Assembly: GCA_024137785.1 (NCBI GenBank) | Contig: JAHRHZ010000042.1 | Location: 24,169,424 to 24,233,423, forward strand | DNA length: 64,000 nucleotides | Reading direction: 5' to 3' | Source: Ginglymostoma cirratum | Taxonomy: Eukaryota | In this document: piece after piece, positions 39,731-51,698 of the stretch | Layout: the number at the start of each line of letters is the position of its first letter | Numbering within the stretch: the stretch's first letter is position 1 | Translations under genes and position numbers: made by a program | The notes under the pieces: generated by a model | What the model saw: only the letters and a program-made list of their open reading frames with translations | Told to the model about the DNA's origin: nothing | Databases searched by the model: none

Positions 39731-39826
39731 CCACTGAGACATTATGCCATCCTTCCACTGAGACATTGTTCTGACCTTCCACTGAGACATTGTTCTGACC
39801 TTCCACTGAGACATTGTGCTGCCCTT
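39707..39826. repeat. Five-copy 24-bp tandem repeat derived from the SINE 5' end
   Basis: ccactgag(a/c)catt(g/a)t....cctt units start at 39707, 39731, 39755, 39779 and 39803. Confidence 0.95.
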
Positions 39827-40447
39827 GGCAATTTTAACTACAACTCAATCCTTTGTGCTGCTGACTATCTCATGCAGGCCTTTGTCACTTCCAAACTTTA
39901 TTATTCTCAACCATTTTCCTGTACTCTATATGGTATTCTGCCCTTTATACCCCTTTCCATACAACTCACATTCTCTGATCACAGCACTCTTTGCTCACTT
40001 ATACTGGCTCACAGTGTCAAATCTAACTTCTCATTGTAGTCTATATCCCTTGGGTGCCATGGTAACGTCCTTCAAGAGCTTCCCTAAAACTATGTTAAAA
40101 ACCATCATTTTTGATCATTTTCTGAGATCATGCCCTCTTTATTTAAGGTCTCTTTTGTTTTTGCTTTATGAAGTGCTGTGGAATGTGTTAAGATACAGTA
40201 ATTATTTAATGCAAGTTGTATTTTGTTATTGACTACCCCTCATATGAAATAGGAGTCATGTCATTATTATTGCATTTACCTTTCACCAGTTTTTATCTGT
40301 CTCCCTTGTACATTGACTATTTTTCAGCAAACTTCTGTATTTGTTTTTGTCATTCCCACAGAATCTTACTGCCCTCTGTATCATTAGGTTTCTTTCTAAT
40401 TCCTCCAGTCTTACCGTGGAACTCAGAACATTGGCATTTATGGTCAA

Positions 40448-40755
40448 CCAGGGACCTGGGTTTGATTCCACCTTTGGGCAACTGTCTGTGTGGAGTTTGG
40501 ACATTCTCCCAATGTCTGCATGGATTTCCTCCGGGTGTCCCCGCTTCCTCCCACAGTCCAAAGATGTGCAGGTTGGGTAGATTGGCCATGCTAAATTGCT
40601 CATAGTGTCCAGGGATATGCAGGCAAGGTGGATAAACCATGGTAAATGCAGGGTTACAGGAATAGGGTAGAGGGATGGGTCCTGGTGGGATGCTCTTCTG
40701 ATGATCAGTGTGGACGACTGAATCACCTGCTTCCATTCTTTAGGCATTCTATGAT
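40448..40755 (+). mobile_element. HE1/V-SINE-type SINE, 5'-truncated
   Basis: ccagggacctgggtttgattcc (B box), the core tgtgtggagtttg...ggccatgctaaattg, and the tail. Confidence 0.88.
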
Positions 40756-40772
40756 AAACATATAAACAGTTA

Positions 40773-40907
40773 AAAACCGAAAGAACTGCAGATGCTGTAA
40801 ATCAAGAATAAAAACAGAAGTTGCTGGAAAAGCTCAGCAGGTCTGGCAGCATCTGTGAAGAAAAAAAATCACAGTTAACACTTTGGGTCCGGTGACCCTT
40901 CCTCAGA
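40773..40907 (-). mobile_element. 135-bp solo Penelope pLTR insertion with 13-bp TSD
   Basis: TSD atataaacagtta at 40760-40772 and 40908-40920. The minus strand begins tctgaggaagggtcaccggacccaaagtgttaac (decayed hammerhead). Confidence 0.85.
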
Positions 40908-42564
40908 ATATAAACAGTTACCTCTGCACAATTGAGATCAGGGTTTTTGTTCCACTGAATATGCTGAAATGTAAAATGCAGCTTTAGCGTTACCACCTGT
41001 GATTCACATCAAGGTCATCACCAATCCTGTTTCAACTGGGAACGTTCCCCTCTTTTATCACACTGTATCATTTCCCTGGTCAACACCGATTCAAAAAGTA
41101 TCCACGGAAACATCTCATCCTCCAGGTCAAAATAGAAGGTTAACACGTTCAGCAGTTTTGAGTTAGTTTGTAGGATTTAATTCCATCACACTGTGTAGAA
41201 GGGCAGGCTTTAATATCAGGCTTCACCTCAAGTGGTTCCTGCATAAGTCAGCAGTAATGACGACCTATTCGCTCACACAGGGACAACTGAATTTTTTTCT
41301 TTAAAATTGTATAATTACTATTGTCAAAATCAGTCTCACTTCCAGTACTTGGGGGACTAATAGGAAGAAAGTCAGATGGCAGGGAGAAACAAGGGACAGG
41401 CATTAATGGTTTAAAAAGAGAAGCAGGAAGCTAAAAATGGGATAAATGAGTTTAAGGTCATACTATACTGCGCAGCTGAAGCATCAACAATTTGTCCTAT
41501 CATCAAACAATTTAAAAAAAATACAGGCCCAAAGTATTCTAAGCCAAGATTGCACCTAATCTGCTCAGGTATTAATCCCACAGATAAATTCTTAGGGCCT
41601 ATAATTTAGGGAGATGACTAAAATTTTAATCAGACCATGCTGTAATTGTTAGCACCATGGAATTTCAAAACTTTGAACAGAATGTTCCCATTTTCAGTTT
41701 GTGTTTGTTTGAGTGAGAGCCAAGAAGGCCGGTCCACCATGTCTCCCATTGACTTTTCTCATATTATTTTCTGTTTGTCACCCTATGAATTACATACCCG
41801 GGCCCTTGTACATCTTTATTAAGGATTCACGTTGCCAGGGTGGAGGAAATAGTTACTAATGTTAGGACCTTCTGGCATTCACACCACTGATGGCTTACTC
41901 AAAACGCAGATGCATAGCATTTCAGATGTTGCAAATTAGGGAGGAGCCCCACACACTGGAGTGCTCTAGCTTCTACATTCAGGACATGGCCTAGATAAAA
42001 GGATAGCTCGCTCAGCACCAGATCAAGACATGAATTGTTAACTCATTCAGTCCTGTGTCCCAGCTGAAAAGGGACACCCAGCAGCATCAGGAAAAGATCC
42101 ATAATTTTCTGCAGTCCACAAGGGGAAGTGACACCATCTTCTCTCTGCTAATGCACAATCTGGGGACTACCAATCATCCTAACGCCACCACTGCACACAC
42201 CAAAGCTTATGAATAACACTATTGCACATAATGTGCACTCAAGGGCTCTCATCCACCTCATCCTCTCAAACTACAAACCCTACATGCCCTTTGCAATTCC
42301 TACTCTCTCAGTACAGTCACCTTACCACCTCTTCAGCTCATGCATAACCACTAACTGCTCTTCATTCCACTATCATCAGATTTAATCCAGTTCTTTATCT
42401 CTCTGCAAGAAAAACTGGCTCAGTCCCACAGAGGAATCAGAAAAGCCCCTTGACTGACTGTGCTGCATCCCCTGGCTGACCAAAACCACCTTTGACTCTA
42501 GTAAAGGTGGTCTCCCTTTCAGTCTCACACATGGCCATTTCTTTAAAATGGCATTAGGCTGTAA

Positions 42565-42642
42565 AGAGATAGTAAGAACTGCCGATGCTGGAGTCAGAGA
42601 TAACACAGTGTGGAGCTGGAGGAACACTGCAGGCCAGGCAGC
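42565..42642 (-). mobile_element. Penelope pLTR end running into an assembly gap
   Basis: agagatagtaagaactgccgatgctggagtcagagataacacagtgtggagctggaggaacac. Confidence 0.85.
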
Positions 42643-43042
42643 NNNNNNNNNNNNNNNNNNNNNNNNNNNNNNNNNNNNNNNNNNNNNNNNNNNNNNNNNN
42701 NNNNNNNNNNNNNNNNNNNNNNNNNNNNNNNNNNNNNNNNNNNNNNNNNNNNNNNNNNNNNNNNNNNNNNNNNNNNNNNNNNNNNNNNNNNNNNNNNNNN
42801 NNNNNNNNNNNNNNNNNNNNNNNNNNNNNNNNNNNNNNNNNNNNNNNNNNNNNNNNNNNNNNNNNNNNNNNNNNNNNNNNNNNNNNNNNNNNNNNNNNNN
42901 NNNNNNNNNNNNNNNNNNNNNNNNNNNNNNNNNNNNNNNNNNNNNNNNNNNNNNNNNNNNNNNNNNNNNNNNNNNNNNNNNNNNNNNNNNNNNNNNNNNN
43001 NNNNNNNNNNNNNNNNNNNNNNNNNNNNNNNNNNNNNNNNNN
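42643..43042. other. Assembly gap (400 N)
   Basis: Run of N. Confidence 1.
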
Positions 43043-43177
43043 CTGTAGTATCTTATCTTCAGATTAGTGATGTGAATTGGTTTGATTTCGGGATTCACAC
43101 GTGAATGTTAATTGAATGATCTGAAATGAAAGCGGGAGTCCCATTTCTCATTCTCTCAGAGAAAAGGGGTATCTGAT

Positions 43178-43280
43178 GCGGCACTTGTGGCACAGTGGTA
43201 ATGTCCCTACCTCTGAGCCAGGCAGTCTTTGTCAAAGTCCCAGTAGAGATCTGTAATAACATTTCTGAGTATGTTGATGA
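43178..43280 (+). mobile_element. Short tRNA-derived SINE head
   Basis: gtggcacagtggtaatgtccctacctctgagccagg...caaagtccca (A-box-like and degenerate B-box-like). Confidence 0.5.
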
Positions 43281-43661
43281 TAAAATATCTAAAAGCAATG
43301 CCTGAGACACTGGAAAGACTTTACAATTTGTGGAAACAATGATCATACACTTGTTTGTTTTGTAAATATATGCAGAAGCGGCGTTAATCATTCTCAGGCT
43401 TCAGTGGATCCAAACAAAATGTTTAATCAACATCACTCCATCAATTCGCTTTTTCAAACAAAACAAAATCATATTTGCAGAATCTATGGTTGACAGAGTC
43501 TGGTATTGTGAAGGAATGAAGTTCATAATGGTGGAATTACATTGATGAACTCAACACTATCTCATTGCTTTCTCTTGTTTAAATTGGCTCCTGTAAATTC
43601 TCAGGATAGCTCCTCTTTATTCACCACGTACCTTACACTGCTTTCAGAATTTGCTATTTGA

Positions 43662-43865
43662 ACAAGCCAGACAGAATATCACGGACATCCAGTTACAATA
43701 GAGAACTGAGCGCAGCGCTCATTCATTGCTTGTTGCATTTTTTGATCATGATGCAAAAATCTGGTTTGCATTGTTCAGTGTTTGTTGGCTTTTTTTTTCT
43801 GTTAACTTCTCTCCTCTATAACTAGAAGTTAATATTTATGTTTGGAATTAGCTGACCACTGTATG
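43662..43865 (+). repeat. Arm 1 of a ~200-bp local inverted duplication
   Basis: Its reverse complement matches 45533-45696 joined to 46864-46903, roughly 80-85% identical by eye. Confidence 0.85.
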
Positions 43866-44699
43866 TAAACAAAAAATACATGGAAAGCATGACCAGCTTA
43901 TCATAATTATTTGTAATAATTTAACTTTGAATCAATATCTTTCATGGAAGGCTCATTGACACAATCTCTCCATAATACATGAGATTTGTTACGAATTTGC
44001 CTGAGGCATATCTTACATTATAAACAAAGAGATGTAACCCTCTCTTTTCAGGTGCTGGTGGCCATGAACTATTCAAATAATATCTTTGAAAGTAACACAG
44101 CTTTGTAAATGACGCAGGATTCACAAGGTGGTGTACAGTATTGAAGCAGCAATAAACTCAATGTAGAAAGTTATTTATGTACAGGGGTGTGTTACAGAGG
44201 TTGAAATCAGGGATAGAGGGAAGAAATTCTTGAAAGAAAGCTCAGAAATCCTAAATTAAATGGCAAGCACACTTTCATGCCTGTAATTGTCCAATTCACG
44301 TAAAATCAATGTCACATGATTGAAACCCACCTCTGGACTCCTATCCCAGAATGGAAAGCTTTACTCCTTGTCTTTCATGGAGCTGAAATATTTGTACCAC
44401 TTAAAATTTATTATTGTGGTAGGATTTGTATCTGGCAATGAGTCACTGGGCTACTAAGTTTTTACGGGCTGAATCTTATGATTGTTGTCCAAGTCCAAGT
44501 TGCGTCGAGTTTTTGAGGATTTTTTGCCATGAGACCCAATGGGTTTTGTCACTGTACTCCATCAATTTGCTGCATTAATTACACACCCCACCCCATGGCA
44601 TCCCTCACGACTGATTTCCACCCCATTTTACCATGTACTATTCCCACTCAATGTATATCTGCCCAAAGACCAGTATCCCTTGTACACATGCAATCTTTG

Positions 44700-45293
44700 A
44701 AAACATAGAAGCATAGAAGATAGGAGCAGGAGGAGGCCATTAGGCCCTTCGCGACTGCTTCACCATTTATTATGATCATTGCTGGAAGTCCAACTCATTA
44801 GCCTACTCCTGCTCTCTCCCCATGACCTTTGATCCCTTTCACCCCAAGTGCTATATCTAGCCACCTCCTGAATACATTCAATGTTTTGGCATCAACTGCT
44901 TCCTGTGGGAATGAGTTCCACAGGCTCACCACTCTTTGGGTGGAGAAATGTCTCCTCATCTCCGTCCTAAATCATCCACTCCGAATCCTCATTTTGTGAT
45001 CCCTGGTTCTGGACACATCCACTATTGGGAACATCCTCCCTGCATCCACCCTGTCCAGTCCTGTTAGAATTTTATAAGGCTCAATGAGATTCCTCCCTCA
45101 TTTATCTGAACTCCAGCAAACATAATCCTAACCTAATCAGTCAATCTCTCCTCATGTGTCAGTCCCACTATCCCCGGAATCAGCCTGGTAAACCTTCGCT
45201 GCACTCCCTCGAGAGCAAGTGCATCCTTCCTCAGAAAAGGAGACCAAAACTGCACACAGTATTCTAGGTGTGGCCAAGGACCTGTACAACTGT
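44700..45293 (-). mobile_element. CR1 LINE 3' fragment
   Basis: Tail aacatagaagcatagaagataggagcagg. Minus strand encodes a PHLEYCVQFWSP-type and RVVSLWNS-type region. Confidence 0.88.
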
Positions 45294-45696
45294 GCATCTG
45301 CTAGCAATAACATGCCATAACAACACCAGGACCATGCTACTCGTGGCACATAGCTGGCACAGCTGACACTCTCTTGCACATATAGCACCATTCTTTCAGT
45401 CTCGTCACCATTTAAGCCACACACATTATATATCCCTGGCTAAATCCTATCTCAATACCCTCTGGTCAGTGCCACCCTGACTCAGTGCCCATTGTAGACG
45501 GCATCCTGTCATTGTCCAAAAGGGAAACATCAAATGCAGTAATCAGACAACTCCAAACATAAATAGTGACTTCTAGTTAAAGAAGGGAGAAGGTAACAGA
45601 AAAAAAAATCCAACAAAAGCTGAAAAATGCAAACCATATTTTCACATCATGATCAAAAAATGCAGCAAGCAATGAATGTGCGCTGCACTCAGCTCT

Positions 45697-46840
45697 AGAA
45701 TATAGAACATAGAACATAGAACATAGAACATTACAGCGCAGTACAGGTCCTTCGGCCCTCGATGTTGCGCCGACCTGTGAAACCAATCTGAAGCCCATCT
45801 CACCTACACTATTCCATTATCATCCATATGTTTATCCAACGACCATTTAAATGCCCTTAAAGTTGGCGAGTCTACGACTGCTGCAGGTAAGGCATTCCAT
45901 GCCCTGACTACTCTCTGAGTAAAGAATCTACCTCTGACATCTGTCCGATATCTATCACCCCTCAATTTAAAGCTATGGCCCCTTTGGCCCCTTGTGCTAG
46001 CTGTCACCATCCGAGGAAAAAGGCTCTCACTGTCCACCCTATCTAATCCTCTGATCATCTTGTATGTCTCTATGAAGTCACCTCTTAACCTTCTTCTCTC
46101 TAACGAAAACAGCCTCAAGTCCCTCAGCCTTTCCTCATAAGACCTTCCCTCCATACCAGGCAACATCCTGGTAAATCTCCTCTGTACCCTTTCCAATGCT
46201 TCCACATCCTTCTTATAATGCGGTGACCAGAACTGCACGCAATACTCCCAAGTGCGGCCGCACCAGAGTTTTGTACAGCTGCAACATGACCTCACGGCTC
46301 CGAAACTCACTCCCTCGACCAATAAAACCTAACACACTGTATGCCTTCTTAACAACCATATCAACCTGGGTGGCAACTTTCAGGGATCTCTGCACACGGA
46401 CACCGAGATCTCTCTGCTCGTCCACACTACCAAGAATCTTACCATTAGCCCAGTACTCTGTATTCCTGTTACTCCTTCCAAAGTGAATCACCTCACACTT
46501 TTCCGCATTAAACTCCATTTGCCACCTCTCAGCCCAGCTCTGCAGCTTATCTATGTCCCTCTGTAACCTGCAACATCCTTCCGCACTATCCACAACTCCA
46601 CCGACTTTAGTGTCATCCGCAAATTTACTAACCCATCCTTCTCCGCCCTCATCCAGGTCATTTATAAAAATGACAAACAGCAGTGGTCCCAAAACAGATC
46701 CTTGCGGTACACCACTAGTAACTAAACTCCAAGATGAACATTTCCCATCAACCACCACCCTCTGTCTTCTTCCAGCTAGCCAATTTCTGATCCAAACCGC
46801 TAAATCACCCTCAATCCCATGCGTCCGAATTTTCTGCAAT
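45697..46840 (-). mobile_element. Young 5'-truncated CR1 (HER1-like) LINE with (TGTTCTA)n tail and 6-bp TSD
   Basis: ORFs 46213..46839 and 45804..46322 form a nearly intact RT/C-terminus with one frameshift (SGVPQGSVLGPLLFVIFINDLD, KFADDTK, FFTQRVVRAWNALP). TSD agctct at 45691-45696 and 46858-46863. Confidence 0.95.
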
Positions 46841-49800
46841 GAAGACGAGGAGGATGAAGCTCTCTACTGTAACCAGGTGTCAATGAGATTCTGTCTGGCT
46901 TGTAGTTCCCATTTGCAACTGAGCTGTGTCATGGAAAAAATAGCTTCGTCTCCCTGTCTTCATCCTTCTCGTCTTCAGTAGACTGTTCCCATTTCCTAAT
47001 TTCCCGAATGCTCCACATTGTCTGCTCCAATTGAGCACAGTACACATGCAGCATACCAAGATGATGCAGCGCATTATATCTGGACTTTACTGAAGGGTCT
47101 GCCAAGACCAGTCCACACAGTGGAAACACATCTTCAACAGCCCCATTGTGTGGGTGGAATTAAACCCGAGTTCCACATCAGTCAGAGGGTTGCACAATGC
47201 TTTCATCAGTCACGATCTCAGAACGTAGCCCCTGTACCCCAGTTACCAGCCATGTAACGCACCTCAAAAGTAAAACATGTACAAGTACGCTCTCAGATGT
47301 ATGAGCCATGGCAGCTGCCAGGGGAGTGGGCACACAGCTCTTGAAGTGACAATGTTGCTCACAGATGACGCGAATATTAATGGAAAGGAATCCCTTCTTG
47401 TTGATGAATTCCTTAGTGTGGTGATTCAATCTTCTTGGTGCAACATTTGTCCAGTCAGTGGCATCTTGCATCTTGAGAAAGCCAATGATATTTTTGCATC
47501 CAAACCCAGGCTGTAGCACTGCTTCATTTAGCGGGAATGAAATGAACCGGGGACACCTCACAGAGACGACATCAGTCACTATCCTGATGTATTTGTGGGT
47601 GCATAGCTAAGAGATCCCAAACATGTCACCCATCACTCCTTGCGCAGAGCCAGCCACATTTCAATTCAGCGCTGCAGTGACTTCTCAGTTACTGGGAAAG
47701 CACAGCCTACCACTCTTGCAGCCCATGAAATGGGTGATCCAATGATTGCAAATCCAATGGAGCTGCACTTTGCAAATGGTGGCTTCATGTTTTTGTCATT
47801 TCAATATTGTGGTGTCCAGCAAACTTCGATCCCAAACTTTCACCAATCAAATTGACACTCCATCCATTCTGGGCATAATTACAGCTATTTTCTTGGAGCA
47901 CTTTGCATCTGGAGAAAAGAAAGTGATGGCAGGAAACACAGCTTGCGGTGGACACTATCAGCCCTGTGCCCTCCATGTTTGCTACCTCCCCTTGACGGAA
48001 CCTATATGTCCCTATTATCTTGCACTACTCCGACAGCCAACTTTGACCCATCTACACTCTCCCAAAGTAGACCCAACCCAATGAAGTTCACCTACAAATG
48101 CCCTCTCTGCCTACTGAACCCTGGCCTTGCACTTTAGGGATGATTACCCTGCTCCTTTATGCTCCTCCTGTGAGAGTCACAGTCAATAACACTCCCTTCC
48201 TGCAACCTACCATGCCCTCCAATGCTGTTCCAAATTCCACCCATTGAATTTGAGCTTCTCCTTTATACTTCTGCTTTCTATTTCCCCCACCCTACCCACC
48301 CCTCACCACCAGCATTGAGTCTCCCATCTCTTCCATCAATCCCCCGTCCCCCCAGGCCCTTCACTAAGATAATCCTGAAACGTCAATGGACAGACCCCCA
48401 GGACTACACTCGCCCCAGAGTTTTGACTGACTGTGATAAACACCCTCTAGACATGACTGAGAAGATGCCTGATTGCTGTGTGTGCAGCTCCCCAGATAGC
48501 TATATGCAATTCTCCTCAACTCTTGTGCTAGCCTTAAAGATTGACCAGTGAACTCTCCACAACAAGTCATGGGACAGATTACCCAGCTGTGAGCTTCCAA
48601 AGTAGACAACTGATTGTGTTGAAGCCCCTATGCCCCTGACTGATGGAACCAGGACCCCCTGACTGTCAGTGACCGCCCTTGACTGGACTGAGGGCAATGC
48701 CATGTCAGTTTATGACATGGTAATTTGGTGTAATGTATGTGTGTTTGCCATGCAAGTAGCATGCACATGCTGTAGGTGTTAGATTGTTGTCTCAGCGTGC
48801 TGTTTACCATGATGTTACTGCCCACAACCAATCCAATCCCTGCCTCCTCCCCTCCCCCTCCAAGGGCAGTTCAATAATGGCAATGGTGATAAGCAGCCTC
48901 TCTGTGCATTAGTGAAGACTTCAGCTCTCGCTGCGCAGAGCTCCCAGAGGCTAACAGGCAGAGCAAACAAGGAAAGGCTTTGCATCGATAGTGTGCGTAT
49001 GCCAGTATGTGCAAAATGAGCTGGTGCTCAGAGAGCAAATGAGCAGTCCTAAGATGCAGCATTGTGGAACTGGGCACCTGTCCGTGTTTGCAAAGTATTC
49101 TCGCTCTCGCCTTCTCAATGCTAATAACTGGCACGCCCTGCAATGCAAGTCTGCGTGTCCTAAGCAGCCAGTTAACATCTCGGAGAAGTGACATGATGGC
49201 TGTGATGGATTGGCTGATGTTGAATGCCAATGTCTGCGGATGAAGAGTGCATGTGGTTAGTGCTTGTGGGTCATGCCCAGACGTTGTCCAATTATGGAGG
49301 TCGTTCAGCTCAAACGGTGAGTAGAATCCATCAAGTGCAGTCTCTGGTTTCCTTGTTGAGTTTTCCTGATCTCTAGCTTGTTTGGCAAGTTTGGTAAAAT
49401 GGGAGGTTGAACATTAATAAGGAGAGTTGTGGATTAACAAGACATAAAGAAGTGTTAACCCCTGTGAATTGGCATCACGCCACTGTCTCATGCGTATCTC
49501 ACTGCGCCGCTTGTGAAAAGCATAAAAAGTGAACTGAGAGGATCTTGCCATTGAGATGGGTTTCGCTGCACTTGTCGTCCTATTCTGCCACGCGTTGCTC
49601 ATGTCACTCAAACACTTACAAGGTTACACCTTTTTTTTGATGTAATTTTACAGAATAGTTGGAGGCAATTTTCAAAATTGAATTAGTGTATCCTTTTTCT
49701 CAGCAACGTGCAAATATTGAGTCATGACTTCCGTCTTCAGCATGTGATGATTCACAGCAGATTCAAAATACACTGCCCAGTTAGCTATGAGTGACCAGCT

Positions 49801-51348
49801 CATAAAGCTGCCAGGAGGTTTCATCTCAAGATTTGTCTCAATCAATAGCCATCAGCAGCTTGAAATTAAACCCAGATTAGATACTGATTTTACTTTTTTT
49901 GATATATAGCACTCAATGTCATAGCCTGATGCCTTCAGAAAGCTATAACGGAATTGTCTAAATGGATTATACATAGATTCCATTTTCCTCTTTAAACCAG
50001 GGCCAATACTGATCTCTCCACAAAATGAATTAATCCTATCGTTACTAGTCCATGTCATACAAGCTATTTTAGCAAGCTGGTCAAGAATGGATCATTCTAA
50101 GTCTTCACAAATAATTTCAGAACATCTTTAGGTGAGAACAAATAACTTACAACAGCAACAAACTCACTGAAGGATTCAAACAATGCCACAAAGAGGGTAA
50201 AACTCAAGTGATCGAAGATTCAATTCTTGATTACAAAATTTGGCTCACCCTTGTTAATATCAAACAGATACTGTTTTCAGTCTTGGATTATGCATTTGTT
50301 AATGTTATTCATGTACCATTAGTGCTCAAAAGTATATATCGAGAATGTCAGTATACTCCATAATGAGATTCACACAAGTCGGTCACAGTGTGGGCCTGTA
50401 CAATGAGTCATTTCTGGGAGCCTTGATGCAGTTTAAATCTAAGCAGACATTTACCTGATGGTCATCAGCCTTCCCAGGACATTCAAGGTGAAGGTCACAT
50501 TTCTAAGAGCTGCTGGTTAATCGGAGGCTCAGACCTGACCATGTCACTGGGAGTGGGTGGCCACTACAAATCCTGTCAAAGGCTCGGAAAGATAAACAAA
50601 CACGGATGCCTGGAATTCATTGAGTTTTGAGGGAGAGCTCCTCAAGGCAACTCCTGCAAATCCTTGCATGGTTGGGTCAGCTTAATGGTGGTGGCGGTGG
50701 TAGAGGGATGAAGTGTGGGTAAGAAGGATGAGGCCTATAAGTTGACCTTATTTGACCACTTAAGCATCTCATTTTCCCTTGAGCCTGGAGATACTTCGCC
50801 ACCCTGGAATTAATCAAATGGAGTCAGGAAGCCAACAGACTCTCCAACTCACACCTTTCTACCTGATTAAATGAACCCCCACACCCACCACCCCCAGCTC
50901 ACAGCTCACTCCTGGGAATGGAGAGGAATATCAAGTTCTGCCTCTATGATTGAGAACTGCAACATTTTTGATTTACTGAGAGGTTCTGTCAAATAGTTGA
51001 TCAGCACGTCAAGAATTATTATTTTTCTAGAACCACTTCTCTCAATATTCAAATTGCAAGCTAAATTTTATGTTTTAAATTTAAACAAGATAAAGAGTGC
51101 GCCTTGCATATAATAGAATTCCTTCAGAACTAACAATGTTAAAGTTAGGCAAAATCTTTTGTGAGGAGTCATTACCTCATTTTCCTGCACTGCAGATCAC
51201 CACTAAAGAGAACTAGGGACGGTCAATAAATGCTGGCCAGGTCAGTGATGCCCACATCTTGTGAATGGAAAAAAAAACCCTGCAGTTTAAGGGTGGAGTC
51301 CCCAGGTTGAGAAAATCAGACAATACATACCAGTGCCACCACTGGAAT

Positions 51349-51698
51349 CACAGAATCCCTACAATGTGGAAGCAGACCATTCAGCCCATTGAGTCCACAC
51401 CAGCCCTCTAAAGAGCATCCCACCCAGACCCATCCCCCATCCCTGCAACCCTCCATTTCCTATGGCTAATCCACCTAGCCCGCACATCCCTGGACACTAT
51501 GGGCTATTTATCATGGCCAATCCACCTAACCTGCACATCTTTGGATTGCAAGAGGAAACTGGAGCATCCAGAGGAAACCCACACATACACAGGCAGAATG
51601 TGCAAACTCCACACAGACATTTGCCCAAGCATGGAATCAAACCCGGGTCCCTAGCATTGTGAGGCAGCAGTGCTAACCACTGAGCCATCATGCCAGCC
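51349..51698 (-). mobile_element. HE1/V-SINE-type SINE
   Basis: Near full-length homolog of the other copies. Confidence 0.9.

Larger units (their letters stand above)
44466..49631 (-). mobile_element. Decayed PIF/Harbinger transposon (transposase remnant ~46905-47800) containing nested CR1 insertions
   Basis: ORF 47178..47579: IIGFLKMQDATDWTNVA...EFINKKGFLSINIRVICEQ; downstream KMCFHCVDWS...RCIILVCCM and an acidic tail EDEKDED. Left terminus gggctgaatcttat. The right terminus is only a weak match, so the outer limits are tentative. Confidence 0.7.

Noticed and set aside
39707-39826. CRISPR-like regularly spaced repeats
   Set aside because: The 24-bp units are contiguous with no unique spacers, derive from a SINE head, and sit in a eukaryotic context with no cas genes.
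41095-41180. Minus-strand TWR codons suggesting the next IgLON exon
   Set aside because: No PEP, Cys or NEG motifs in frame.
47178-47579. Domesticated HARBI1-like host gene
   Set aside because: Frameshifts, degenerate catalytic motifs and nested insertions indicate a dead transposon.
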